Positions 1 through 10,317 of a stretch of DNA of 64,000 bases are shown here, in pieces. The stretch is from Theionarchaea archaeon (GTDB lineage: Archaea; Methanobacteriota_B; Thermococci; Methanofastidiosales; SZ-28-30), in contig JACVGT010000018.1 of NCBI GenBank assembly GCA_018992685.1, positions 32,001-96,000 on the forward strand, written 5' to 3'. Both the position numbers and the translations under genes were made by a program. Position 1 is the stretch's first letter; every line of letters starts with the position of its first letter. The notes under the pieces were generated by a model. The model made no database searches and was not told the DNA's origin. It was given only the letters and a program-made list of their open reading frames with translations.

Positions 1-2501
1 ACTCCCGTAATGACCGTTAGGACGCCTTTTGGTATGGTAACAGAGATGGATTTCAGATTGTGTGCACAGGCGCCGGTAACAGTGATGTCTTTTGACGCTT
101 CAGGCACTGGGCGAACAGAAGGAGCCGGAGGTTCCGATTCTGCCAGAAGCACTTTGGCCGTCAGGGAACGTTCTTCTGATAGGAGGTCGTCTGGCTGGCC
201 TGCAAAAAGCAATTCTCCTCCTGCAGGCCCGGCCCTCGGTCCCAAATCAATAATCCAATCAGCCGCACGCATAATGTCGGTATTGTGCTCAATTACAACA
301 ACTGTTCCGCCAGCCCGCACCAACCGATCCAGGACAGTCAAGAGTCCAGAAATGTCTTTGGGATGCAGGCCGGTGGAAGGTTCATCCAGTATCAACAGTT
401 TCCTAGACAGGGATCTGCTGCCCAGATACCTTGCCAGTTTGACCCTCTGTGCTTCACCACCTGATAATGTAGGGGACGGCTGCCCCAAGGACAGATATCC
501 TAACCCGACGTCTCTCAAGGCTTCCAGAATGCGCTTTGCCTGGACTCGCTCGCTTGCTGGAAGGGTTCTATGATTCAGCAAGGGAAGTGCTTCATCAATG
601 GTCAATTCATAGAAATCCGCAATGCTAAGGCTCTTATCACCAAAATCTATCTTCTTTCCAACTACTTCTTCTGAAAACCGATTTCCTTCGCATCTCTCAC
701 AGGTGATCCAGGTAGAAGGGAGGTAGCGCATCTTGACTTCCACTGCTCCCATCCCCTTGCAGACGGGACACATTCCCTCTGGGCGATTGAATGAGAAGTG
801 CGAGGGTGATAGTCTCGTAGCCCGGGAATAGAGTCCACGGACTATATCAGACAACTTGGTATAGGTTGCAGGATTGGACCGGGGATTTCTTCCTATAGGA
901 CTCTGGTCAACGACAACGGGGGTAAGGGAAGGTCCCTCGACTCTTTCACATCCCCGAGGGTTCTTGCCCCGCAAGGAGGGTTCCAAGACGTCAATAAAGG
1001 TGCTCTTACCTGAACCAGAAACACCTGTGACTACTGTCAGTCTGCTCAGAGGTATGGGCACATCAATGTCCTTTAGATTTCGCAAGTGTGCTTTCCTGAC
1101 CACAAGGAACTTCAAGGGTTTTGTGCGGCGTCTAGGCAGGGCCACCTTTTTCCGAAAGCTGAAATACTGACCAGTGGGTGTTTCTGCCTTCCACAATTCC
1201 TGCGGAATTCCTGCAAAAACGATTTTTCCTCCCCTGATACCTGCACCAGGCCCCAAATCAACAGCATAGTCTGCTATGGCTGCTGCCATTCGGTCATGTT
1301 CTACAAAGATAACCGGGCCAGCGAGTTCTCTAAAGGCAGGGACCAGGTTCTGCACATCATAAGGGTGCTGGCCGATGGTGGGTTCATCCAGAATATGGAG
1401 CATATCCTCTAGTCTGCTGGTCAAAGCGACTGCCAGGCGCACTCTTTGAGCTTCTCCTCTGGACATGGTGGGCGATGATCTGTCCAGGGTGATGTATCCC
1501 AGCCCCACCGTCTGCAAAGCTGTCAGTCTGGTCACGATCTCTGTGTAAAGGCGGTAGGCAGAATCTGGAAAATCATCACCATCAAAGACCGTTCGGGCTT
1601 CATCTACTGACAGGCCCAACATATCTGGCAATCTGAAGCCTTTCCAGGTGACAGCTGCTGCCTGTGGGTGTAACCCGGTATCCAAACAGGAAGTACAGCC
1701 TTCTCCCTGACAGTATGGACATACCGTGTGGAAATGTTTTGGCTTCACAGAATGAAACCAGTACCCACACTTCACACAGACAGAGGCACGGGACAGGATC
1801 TCTTCTTTCTCAAGAGATCGAATAATGACAGCAGTTGAACCTAGGGCAAATGCCTTCTTGACAGTTTCACGGGCTCTTGTAGCTGTGACCTCTCCTGACA
1901 ATGAAGCTACTTCGATCTCGATCGAGTGGGGGTCTTGAGGGTTGAGGGATTTCTTTGTCCAGGGATGACCATCAACAGTAACATGGTCCCCAAATTCATG
2001 CGTCAGCAGTTGGATCAACGTTGTGTGGCTTCCGTGAACATTATGCACCAAGGGGGCAATCACGGTGATAGGTGAATCTCTTGCCCTTCTCAGTACGATT
2101 TCCACGATTTCATCTTCAGTCAATAAGGCCAACCCAGTCCCACACTGCGGGCAATACCGATTCCCAAAATTACTGTATAGGAGTCTGAGAAAGGGATGTA
2201 ATCCTGAAGCAGTGGCCAGTGTTGAAAGAGGATTTCGATTAAGCAGATTCTGACCGACAGCAATGGCAGGACCCAACCCGGATATGGTTTCTACAGAGGC
2301 AGGGACCAGTTTCACTGACGACCCCAGTGAAAAAATCTCCAAGAATCTGCGGTGAGCCTCATGATAGATGGTGTCAAACACGAGTGAAGACTTGCCTGAG
2401 CCTGACACTCCAGTGACTACCGTGAGCCCCTCGCCAGGAACACATACATCAATATTCTGCAGATTGTTCTGTCGTGCACCTGCTACCTCAATGTTCCTCA
2501 T
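1..2501 (-). CDS. uvrA: UvrA-like excinuclease ABC ATPase, partial (runs off window start)
   Basis: Not in the ORF track; I translated both ends and internal segments by hand. It starts at ATG 2501 with MRNIEVAGARQNNLQNIDV..GLTVVTGVSGSGKSSLVFDTIYHEA. Later motifs are CPQCG, SRGEAQRVRLA, ILDEPTIG, a second GVSGSGKST, FSFNRPEGMCPVC, LSGGEAQRVKLA and LILDEPSTG. Confidence 0.9.
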   Translation of the reverse strand, partial: MRNIEVAGARQNNLQNIDVCVPGEGLTVVTGVSGSGKSSLVFDTIYHEAHRRFLEIFSLGSSVKLVPASVETISGLGPAIAVGQNLLNRNPLSTLATASGLHPFLRLLYSNFGNRYCPQCGTGLALLTEDEIVEIVLRRARDSPITVIAPLVHNVHGSHTTLIQLLTHEFGDHVTVDGHPWTKKSLNPQDPHSIEIEVASLSGEVTATRARETVKKAFALGSTAVIIRSLEKEEILSRASVCVKCGYWFHSVKPKHFHTVCPYCQGEGCTSCLDTGLHPQAAAVTWKGFRLPDMLGLSVDEARTVFDGDDFPDSAYRLYTEIVTRLTALQTVGLGYITLDRSSPTMSRGEAQRVRLAVALTSRLEDMLHILDEPTIGQHPYDVQNLVPAFRELAGPVIFVEHDRMAAAIADYAVDLGPGAGIRGGKIVFAGIPQELWKAETPTGQYFSFRKKVALPRRRTKPLKFLVVRKAHLRNLKDIDVPIPLSRLTVVTGVSGSGKSTFIDVLEPSLRGKNPRGCERVEGPSLTPVVVDQSPIGRNPRSNPATYTKLSDIVRGLYSRATRLSPSHFSFNRPEGMCPVCKGMGAVEVKMRYLPSTWITCERCEGNRFSEEVVGKKIDFGDKSLSIADFYELTIDEALPLLNHRTLPASERVQAKRILEALRDVGLGYLSLGQPSPTLSGGEAQRVKLARYLGSRSLSRKLLILDEPSTGLHPKDISGLLTVLDRLVRAGGTVVVIEHNTDIMRAADWIIDLGPRAGPAGGELLFAGQPDDLLSEERSLTAKVLLAESEPPAPSVRPVPEASKDITVTGACAHNLKSISVTIPKGVLTVITG

Positions 2502-2742
2502 GGTAATGTTCCTGAGCAGGAACGTATAAACCCTTTCTTTTTCTCTGGAATCGTGAGAGCTGAGAACTAATCTCTATTCTCTAACTCCCACAAAGGAGAA
2601 ATAAAAGCAAAATGAGAATGCACCGAGAAGTTCAGCCTTATGCGCTTCAGAAATTTTCCACCCGATCAGCCTTCTGTATTGGTCAAAAGTCTCCTGGCCA
2701 CTGCCCAACCTCCCAAGGTCCATTCTTCAGACTTCGCCACCA

Positions 2743-3411
2743 TCAAAATCGGACTAATAACGGCCTCACCCTATCCTTTGATGAATCATATGAACCTTTT
2801 TCAATTTCCCTCTCACAAGCTTTTGAAACCCTGAACACATCAGCAGGATACCCTGAGGCTCTACACTCAATCTCCCTCACTTCGTGCACGTGGCCTGTGG
2901 TCCACTCAGCAAGGGCTGCAAGAGCGCCTACTGTGACGTGACATACAGGCGAAGAAGAAAAAACGTCCTCACTCTCCCAGTTATCCCTGAAAATGATGAG
3001 AAAGCAGTCTTCCTCTTCCTGCAATTCCAGTCGAGGCTCTGACATATCTTCAGGTGAAGGATATCTCTTTTCAACAGCTCCTATCAATTTTACGAGGGCA
3101 TGTCTCAATCGGGGCTGTTCTGGGCCCAGGAACCGTAGACACAGAAGTAACCGTGTTGCCCACGAGTATTTTTCAAAGCTTTTCTTAACAATTTCTCTGC
3201 CGATTCGCAATTGGAGACTGCGAACACCTCTTCTTCCGAAAAGTTCCAGAAGAGAACGGCATAAGATCTGGAGATCCTCCAATGGAACATGAGTCTTATC
3301 GTCTGAAGGGGGGAAATTGTCAATGTACTTTTCAAGATGAGCATAATTCAAAACAGATTCTAGCCCGTGATGCCCTACAATTCCTTCAGTAGTTTCCAGA
3401 TAGATTCTCAT
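2743..3411 (-). CDS. V4R (4-vinyl reductase) domain protein
   Basis: C-terminal PVCHVTVGAL...VREIECRASGYPADVFRV matches the V4R pattern. Confidence 0.8.
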   Translation of the reverse strand: MRIYLETTEGIVGHHGLESVLNYAHLEKYIDNFPPSDDKTHVPLEDLQILCRSLLELFGRRGVRSLQLRIGREIVKKSFEKYSWATRLLLCLRFLGPEQPRLRHALVKLIGAVEKRYPSPEDMSEPRLELQEEEDCFLIIFRDNWESEDVFSSSPVCHVTVGALAALAEWTTGHVHEVREIECRASGYPADVFRVSKACEREIEKGSYDSSKDRVRPLLVRF

Positions 3412-4102
3412 GCTGAAATTATCTGTCTTTCTTCCCTTAAGCGTGGAAAATCACCTCAAACAAAGTCCCAATCTGCAGGTTCTGACCATACATACATCCT
3501 CTGGTAGGTTCAATTCCTTCTTATCAACAAAATGCCGTGCCTGTGTTCCCAATAGAGACAGCGCTTCCACTTTCTTGAAGGACTGCATTCCACAGTGATT
3601 CCAAATTTATAAGTCTTGTCAATGAGCTGTAATGACCTGAGGTTTACCCAACGGAGTACGTTCTCTGCATCGACCTTGAATCCTTTTGAACATCAAAGGT
3701 GCAGCCTCCTGATCTTCTGAACCTATCTCAAATGCCCGTGGATCGTCCACATGGTTGTCCTGCCACATTCCTCTTGTAGATCATGGGACCTGCTACTCTC
3801 TTACAGCAGCGTAAATCTTCCCGGAGATCCTTTTCCACAGCGATCCACCGAAATCTTTTTATGTAGTTACTACTAACTATAATAGCTACTATGTGGCATA
3901 CATGACAGCAGCTCAAGAGAAGATGAGATGATACGATGACGCGAAATATAGCGATTCTGGAAAGTGTTATCCTGTCTGCTGTAGCCGCTGCGGGTAACCC
4001 TGTCAAATCTGATGAAGAAGGAAAAGAAGAATCATCACCCGTAAAGCGGTTCTCTCTGGTCAATCAGCGAATAGGAGAATTCTTGCGCGGGGTGAACAGA
4101 AG

Positions 4103-5959
4103 ATGAATTATTCAACCCTTTTTTCCTGGATGTTAATTGTGGCACTGGCAACAGGATGTGTTGGACAGGGTACAAGAGAGAATACGTCGGGAGCGACTGG
4201 CTCGTCGGTACAGGATATCTTGGCTGAGCTGGAAGGATTGCCGATAGATAAGTTCTTTGAAGAGTCGTATAATCAGTTGTTGCTGAGAAATCCGGAACAT
4301 CTTACTGAACTGGGGATTGCCGAGAATTTCGGATTGAGAAATGATCAGCTTACCAATATCTCAGATAAGTATACGCAGGAAACACAGAAGCTTCAAGAAG
4401 GGATTCTGGAAATACTTCGAAAATATGATGTGTCCACACTGACGAAAGAACAAAAAGTATCATACCAGGTTTATGAATGGTACCTAGAGGATATGGTACG
4501 CGGCCATGAATTCATGTATTATGATTACCCAGTAACGCATTTTGTAACAGGTGCCCAGTACCAGCTCCTGCAGTTCTTTACTGAAATTCATCCCGTGGCC
4601 ACGCGCCAGGATGCAGAGGACTACATTGCGTGTCTAGAGCAAGTCGACATAAAGATGGAGCAATTGATCGAATCATTACAGAAACGGAAAGAGGCAGGAG
4701 TAATATCGCCGAAATTCGTTATTCAGTGGTCCCTGTACAGTATAAGAGGCATGGCACAGGGGGACCCGAGGTATCTTCCCTTCTATACAGCTTTTCAGGA
4801 GAAGGTGGAGAACCTTGATATCCTAAATGAGGAAAAAGAGACACTGCTCCAAGCAGCTGAAAAGGCAATTCAGGAGAGTGTGATACCGGGATACGCGAAG
4901 CTTGCACAGTATCTCGAGGATCTCGAATCTGTGGCTCCCACTGACGATGGGGTGTGGCAGTTTCCGGAGGGAGAGGAATATTACTCGTATACACTTCGTC
5001 ATCACACGACTACTGAAATGACTGCTCAGGAGATACACGAGCTCGGGTTACGTGAGCTGGAACGCATCCATCAGGAGATGAGATCCATCTTTGATGAACT
5101 GGGTTACCCTGCAGATGAGAGTCTTTCTGACCTGTTCCAAAGGGTTTCACGGGATTCTGGATATGTATCTGGTAGTGACGTAGCAGAAATGTATCAAACT
5201 CTCATTGAAGAGGCAGAACAGAACCTGGATTCTGTCTTCGACATCGCTCCTGCTGCAGATGTGATTGTCATTGCCGGTTCTGAAGGGGATTATTATACAT
5301 CTGGATCTCTTGATGGCTCGAGGCCAGGGGCCTTCTATGCCAACGTGACGGGCAGGGAATTCCGGTATGGGATGCCCTCGCTTTCTTATCATGAGGCAGT
5401 TCCAGGGCATCACTTTCAGATCGGTATTGCCCAGGAACTGAATTTGCCCTTCTTCAGGACAGATCTTATTTTTACTGGATATACGGAGGGCTGGGCTCTG
5501 TATGCTGAACGGCTGGCATACGAACTGGGATGGTATACTGATGATCCTTATGGCAATTTGGGCAGGCTACAATATGAAGCATTTAGAGCAGCCCGTCTGG
5601 TGGTGGATACAGGTATCCACGATAAGGGATGGACCTTTGACGAGGCTGAACGGTTCATGGAGGAGAATGCGGGATACAAAAACTCTGATGTTGTCAATGT
5701 TGAGTTTGAGATCAGCCGGTACATTGCCTGGCCAGGTCAGGCTACAGCCTACATGGTGGGTATGCTCAAGATCGTGGAACTCCGGCAGAACGCCATGGAT
5801 GCTTTGGGTGAAGCCTTTGACAGTAGAGAGTTTCACAGAATAGTGCTGGGGAACGGAAGCATGCCTTTATCGGTGCTGGAAGAGGTGGTTCAGGACTATA
5901 TTGATGACTCTCTTGGAAGTCATATGGTATGGTCTCATAATGGCATATACCTGCAGTGA
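4103..5959 (+). CDS. DUF885 family lipoprotein (putative metallopeptidase)
   Basis: N-terminal LATGC lipobox-like signal; HEAVPGHHFQ, EGWALYAE, RAARLVVDTGIH and PGQATAY motifs. Confidence 0.9.
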   Translation: MNYSTLFSWMLIVALATGCVGQGTRENTSGATGSSVQDILAELEGLPIDKFFEESYNQLLLRNPEHLTELGIAENFGLRNDQLTNISDKYTQETQKLQEGILEILRKYDVSTLTKEQKVSYQVYEWYLEDMVRGHEFMYYDYPVTHFVTGAQYQLLQFFTEIHPVATRQDAEDYIACLEQVDIKMEQLIESLQKRKEAGVISPKFVIQWSLYSIRGMAQGDPRYLPFYTAFQEKVENLDILNEEKETLLQAAEKAIQESVIPGYAKLAQYLEDLESVAPTDDGVWQFPEGEEYYSYTLRHHTTTEMTAQEIHELGLRELERIHQEMRSIFDELGYPADESLSDLFQRVSRDSGYVSGSDVAEMYQTLIEEAEQNLDSVFDIAPAADVIVIAGSEGDYYTSGSLDGSRPGAFYANVTGREFRYGMPSLSYHEAVPGHHFQIGIAQELNLPFFRTDLIFTGYTEGWALYAERLAYELGWYTDDPYGNLGRLQYEAFRAARLVVDTGIHDKGWTFDEAERFMEENAGYKNSDVVNVEFEISRYIAWPGQATAYMVGMLKIVELRQNAMDALGEAFDSREFHRIVLGNGSMPLSVLEEVVQDYIDDSLGSHMVWSHNGIYLQ

Positions 5960-6022
5960 ATTTGTATCAACCCTTGTGGAGGGTGTCGGTTCTTGATAGC
6001 CAGACTGTTCTTCCAACAAGCA

Positions 6023-6048
6023 GGGATTCAATCTCTCGGATGAATCCC
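6023..6048. terminator. 8-bp inverted repeat between convergent genes
   Basis: GGGATTCA-N10-TGAATCCC lies between the stops of the DUF885 and methyltransferase genes. The terminator role is inferred. Confidence 0.3.
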
Positions 6049-6058
6049 AATGGAAAAA

Positions 6059-6910
6059 CTAACCCGGCTTTTTTGCGCTCACTATTGTCCACCAGCGGAC
6101 TGCATGATGACACACGAAATCTGTGAACCCTGCCTCCTCAAATAGACATGCAAGCTCTTCTGGAACGAAGGATCTCACGCCTCCATATTTGTGGTACAAG
6201 TGGCTGAGTTTTCGTGATACAGTCCCCATGGCAGGCACTTTCACTGTAGCCACCGTAAAGTGTGCTCCTGGTTTGAGAATCCTCAGAACCCCCTTGAGTG
6301 TTCGGGGAATGTCAGGGAACAAATGAAGTGCTCCACAGCAGTTGGCACCATCGAGGGAATTCTCAAAGAAAGGAAGGTCTTGAGCATCTCCATGGATGAA
6401 GAACAGGTTGTCGATAGATTGAGCCTTCTTGCTCGCATATTCTAGCATAGGCATGGACAAATCCAGCCCGGCAACAGTACCTTCGCTCAATTGCATAGCA
6501 AAAGGACGTGAATAAATCCCTGGACCACAGGCAATATCTACCAGAGATTCCGTTCCTTTGAGCTGATGGACATCTGAAATCAACTTGAATTCATCGTTGA
6601 ATGAAATCCCAAACACAATATTGCCGTATGGACCAGTTCTCCAGAACCAGCTCTCATATACATCAACGAAGAAGTCCCATTCAACAATGCTATGCCAGAA
6701 ATACCGTTTGACATGATATCTGGGAAGCACGTCAATGATGGTCCCCTTCACCCCGTATGCAGCACCGCACTTCCTGCAGTAGACATTGCCTCCAAGAGGC
6801 ATAAGGTCGAGCTCCCCTGATCTGCAATCAGGACACACTATCTCCACCTGTGAACGCTTGATGGCCAGCCTATGTTCCTCATTCACTTCTTTTTCTGGAA
6901 TTTCTACCAT
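6059..6910 (-). CDS. Class I SAM-dependent methyltransferase with N-terminal Zn ribbon
   Basis: CPDC...CRKC, VDIACGPG motif I, GLDLS, GDAQDLPF; GGAGGTGA RBS upstream. Confidence 0.85.
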   Translation of the reverse strand: MVEIPEKEVNEEHRLAIKRSQVEIVCPDCRSGELDLMPLGGNVYCRKCGAAYGVKGTIIDVLPRYHVKRYFWHSIVEWDFFVDVYESWFWRTGPYGNIVFGISFNDEFKLISDVHQLKGTESLVDIACGPGIYSRPFAMQLSEGTVAGLDLSMPMLEYASKKAQSIDNLFFIHGDAQDLPFFENSLDGANCCGALHLFPDIPRTLKGVLRILKPGAHFTVATVKVPAMGTVSRKLSHLYHKYGGVRSFVPEELACLFEEAGFTDFVCHHAVRWWTIVSAKKPG

Positions 6911-6948
6911 TTCTTTTCACCTCCTGCAGTTCTCTTCTTTCAATAATC

Positions 6949-6967
6949 TTGACTGACTGTCAGTCAA
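6949..6967. promoter_or_regulatory. Palindromic operator, copy 1 (probable TetR site)
   Basis: TTGACTGAC-T-GTCAGTCAA is a perfect 9-bp inverted repeat. It lies between a TTTTTAT box and the methyltransferase RBS. Confidence 0.8.
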
Positions 6968-6991
6968 ATTCCTTATGATAAAAAAGGGATT

Positions 6992-7648
6992 CTACTCTCC
7001 ATTGTGTACCTCCAGCATCTCAACAATGGACCCTGTCAATGAACCGTTCTGGACGCCCAGCACTCTTTCAATGATGGAGAATCCTGCTACAATTAGTCGC
7101 TTTTTCGATTCAGGGGACGTAGAGGTGAATCTGGATGAATCAAAAAGCCTATCCCAACATGAAAAAATCACTGAAGAAGCTTCTCGGGGATATTTTGTAT
7201 CAAAAACTCCTTCTTCTACTCCTTGTTGGATTACATCAGCGAAAATCGGCACAATTGCAGCTTCAGTTTTCTTTCCCATCTTAATGTGGAGAAGGCTATT
7301 TTTCTCCTGGTGAAAAAAGCTTATAAGTCCCTCATGTTCAGTTCCAAACTGATAAAACATCTTTATACTGTTTATGATCTTCTGAATAGCATTAATATCA
7401 TCTCTCTGGCTCTGCTCTCTAATAAAAGCTGCAATACCAGAGATTAACCGATCTACTACACTATCCAGTATTTCATCCTTTGATTTGAAGTAGTAGTAGA
7501 ATGTCCCTTGTGCTACCTGTGCTTTCTTCACGATGTCTGAAACCGGTGTTTCCTCGTATCCTTTCACGGCAAACAATTCCTCTGCAATGTCTATGAGTTC
7601 TTCTTTCCGAGTATCAGGATTCTTGGTTATTCTCGTCATAAGCATCAC
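6992..7648 (-). CDS. TetR/AcrR family transcriptional regulator
   Basis: N-terminal HTH ELIDIAEELFAVKGYEETPVSDIVKKAQVAQGTFYYYFKSK. The real start may be ATG 7639. Confidence 0.95.
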   Translation of the reverse strand: MMLMTRITKNPDTRKEELIDIAEELFAVKGYEETPVSDIVKKAQVAQGTFYYYFKSKDEILDSVVDRLISGIAAFIREQSQRDDINAIQKIINSIKMFYQFGTEHEGLISFFHQEKNSLLHIKMGKKTEAAIVPIFADVIQQGVEEGVFDTKYPREASSVIFSCWDRLFDSSRFTSTSPESKKRLIVAGFSIIERVLGVQNGSLTGSIVEMLEVHNGE

Positions 7649-7666
7649 TTGACTGACTATCAGTCA
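7649..7666. promoter_or_regulatory. Palindromic operator, copy 2 (probable TetR autoregulation site)
   Basis: TTGACTGACTATCAGTCA matches copy 1 at 17 of 18 positions. It lies between the minus-strand BRE/TATA (GCGAAACCTTTTTATA, 7681-7696) and the tetR start. Confidence 0.8.
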
Positions 7667-7808
7667 CTATATAGTACACGTATAAAAAGGTTTCGCTTCC
7701 TTGAAAGATAACTGAAGATGCATATTTTCCGTTCTGTTGTGTCAGCCCAATCTACGGCTGCAGAATATCCAACAATCCAATGATGTTCAACTATGAGAGA
7801 GACACTGA

Positions 7809-9374
7809 TTACCCCGACACGATCTCAAAGAGCCCATATTTTCTTTCCAGCAATTTTAGGGAAAAGAATGCAATTATTCCGTAGGCCAATAACGCCAGGA
7901 GGATACTGTCAATACCATGAACCATGATTATAATCACCAGCAAAGGAGCAAACACCACACCCGTGAGGATCAGTCCTATGACCGCTGCCAACATTTGGCT
8001 CTCAGTCTGCGGAGGATAGTATAAGACCGCCACATTGCACAGTGTTGTTGCTATAATGCAAAACAAAGGGAGGAAGACCAGAGTAAACCAGAAAAGCTCA
8101 GCATCAGTCCCGCGCATGGGAAAGGCTAGAAAAGAGGTGATCAGGAAAGCATAGGACACTGCCATGGCAAGCACAGATGGGACAGCAATTTCAGACAAGA
8201 TGATTCTCCAATTGGACTCCGGTATAAGTTTTATAATCTCGACTCTTCGTATGTCTTCTCGGAGATCCCAGCGTAGGTTGTTTGCTGCTATCAAGGCCAG
8301 CGGAATCGAGAAGAACACACTGGACTCACCAAGGATGTATGAGTATATGAAATAAAAGGCCGCCAGGGCACTGACAGCTCCCAAGTTCCTGATATCTCTA
8401 AGAGCACTTGTCAGATTCTTCCAGATCAAAGCAGTAGATCCCACACCAAAAGGTCGAATCTTGAACATCTTTCTGGCAAAAGACTCAGAAACCACGACTT
8501 CTTTGGCGTACGCTTTTTTTCGCAGCGTCCATTGTTTTCTACTGATGGCTTCTGAAGCCTCATAGTAGTGGCTCTTAACAGAGAGGACTGCACCTAGTGT
8601 GACAGCATCGACAAAGAGTAATCCTAAGATTTTCGCTATGACAGAAAAAGATATTTTCCAGGCCAGGGCCACATCAGCAGCGAGAACAGCTGGCGCCATA
8701 GCTGCTCGCATAACAGTGGAGTTGAGAACAGACAGTGCTGCATCACTCAGCTCTGTCCCCCTTACCGTTTCCTGATACACTCCAGCCAGGAATAAACCAA
8801 CAACAACCAAACATGTCCCAATAACCACAGTCTTAAGACGAGAATACTTTAGCTCAGACAGATTCGAACCCAAGAGCACAATGAGCCAGCCCAGATTGAA
8901 GGCAAATACCATCAAGAGGGTAAGAGCTATCCATGAGAAGACCAGTCGGTGCCATACATTGAACATAAATGCAAAAGAGAAGACCCAGAAGAGGAATCCC
9001 CCCGACACGAAGGCCAGGGCTGCGTGGAGAGCATATTGTATTAATGTGCGGTTGAGTAGAATGGTCCGCCTGCTCAAAGGAGATGGGAATAGAAAATCGA
9101 TTTCAGGCAAAGAGAATACCAATGCGTTACCAGTTATAGAATAAAATACCAGCACCCACATTGTTATAGCCATGAAAGAAAAGAGAACCGGCTTGATGCT
9201 CAACGCTGTAAAGGGGGGCTCTGTGGGCGGAAGTCCCAGGGTGTATAATGTGAGAAGAGGAAAAGCAGCTATAACCCCAATAACGAGAAACGGAATCACC
9301 TGTTTGGGACTCTTTGCTGTGGATATGAACCTGTTCTTCACGAGGTGGAGTCCCAGGTACAGAAAGGCATTCAT
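7809..9374 (-). CDS. ABC exporter permease
   Basis: Many transmembrane segments, EIDFLFPSPLSRR motif, 4-bp overlap with the ATPase gene. Confidence 0.8.
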   Translation of the reverse strand: MNAFLYLGLHLVKNRFISTAKSPKQVIPFLVIGVIAAFPLLTLYTLGLPPTEPPFTALSIKPVLFSFMAITMWVLVFYSITGNALVFSLPEIDFLFPSPLSRRTILLNRTLIQYALHAALAFVSGGFLFWVFSFAFMFNVWHRLVFSWIALTLLMVFAFNLGWLIVLLGSNLSELKYSRLKTVVIGTCLVVVGLFLAGVYQETVRGTELSDAALSVLNSTVMRAAMAPAVLAADVALAWKISFSVIAKILGLLFVDAVTLGAVLSVKSHYYEASEAISRKQWTLRKKAYAKEVVVSESFARKMFKIRPFGVGSTALIWKNLTSALRDIRNLGAVSALAAFYFIYSYILGESSVFFSIPLALIAANNLRWDLREDIRRVEIIKLIPESNWRIILSEIAVPSVLAMAVSYAFLITSFLAFPMRGTDAELFWFTLVFLPLFCIIATTLCNVAVLYYPPQTESQMLAAVIGLILTGVVFAPLLVIIIMVHGIDSILLALLAYGIIAFFSLKLLERKYGLFEIVSG

Positions 9375-10096
9375 TGGGGCTCCTCCGTGATCTTCAGAAA
9401 TACTTCTTCCAGTGAAGCATCTGAGGAGGCAAGTGCTGTCTTTCTGATTTCCTGTAGAGTACCTTCTGCAATTTTCTTCCCCTGATCAATGATCAGGATT
9501 CTGTTGCACAGTTCCTCCACCAGGTAAAGCATGTGTGAACTGATGAGTACGGTCTTTTTCTGGGCAGCTCTTTCAAGGAGTACATCTTTCAGGGTTCTGG
9601 CCCCTCTTGGGTCAATGCCAATCAAGGGTTCATCAAGCAGAAGGATCTTTGGATCGTGTACCAGCGCGCAACAGATAGTCAATTTTTGTTTCATTCCTTT
9701 GGACAAGGAATTGACTAGATCATTTCTCTTCTGAGAGAGCTCAAATAGATTCAGCAGCTCATCAATTTTAGAATCTGGATCAGGAACGGAATACAGCAAC
9801 GCAATAAATTTCATGTGCTCGTACACGGTGAGAATTTCGTATGGGTTGGGTGTCTCTGGCACAAAGGCCAGCAACCGTTTTGCTTCCTGCTCGTTCTCAA
9901 AAAGGTTGTAATCATCAATCATGATCAATCCTTCAGTGGGAAGAGCAACCCCACACAAACATTTCAGTGTGGTTGTCTTTCCTGCACCGTTGGGTCCCAC
10001 CAATCCAAAGATTTCTCCATCATGAATGGTGAAAGACAGATCATTGACCGCTGTCACTTTCTTGTACACTTTGGTCAGTCCTCTAACCTGGATCAT
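9371..10096 (-). CDS. ABC transporter ATP-binding protein
   Basis: GPNGAGKTT, LSKGMKQK, LLLDEP, SSH. Confidence 0.95.
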   Translation of the reverse strand: MIQVRGLTKVYKKVTAVNDLSFTIHDGEIFGLVGPNGAGKTTTLKCLCGVALPTEGLIMIDDYNLFENEQEAKRLLAFVPETPNPYEILTVYEHMKFIALLYSVPDPDSKIDELLNLFELSQKRNDLVNSLSKGMKQKLTICCALVHDPKILLLDEPLIGIDPRGARTLKDVLLERAAQKKTVLISSHMLYLVEELCNRILIIDQGKKIAEGTLQEIRKTALASSDASLEEVFLKITEEPQ

Positions 10097-10317
10097 GTAC
10101 AGGAATCAATAATCCTGTTTATATAGGTTTCTTAAAAGAGATGGAATGTGTGTAACTAGCAGAATCTTAAGATCAGGATGATGGATACTGTCAGAAGGTG
10201 TCATAATTCTATCGCACTGTGGTTTCACAATTCGTGACCTGTCAATCCTGTACCGCAGCAGGGCAGTTCTTTAGGGTTGGTCTCCTGGTAGTCAAGGGCT
10301 GAGGTGGCATCTCACTG

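Noticed and set aside
10-2253. Plus-strand ORFs in the track over the UvrA gene, and similar antisense ORFs elsewhere
   Set aside because: They are shadows of well-supported genes on the opposite strand.
3412-4102. Short ORFs 3410-3598 and 3728-4063 and a 49-aa minus-strand ORF
   Set aside because: No motifs and no convincing RBS; treated as intergenic or decayed sequence.
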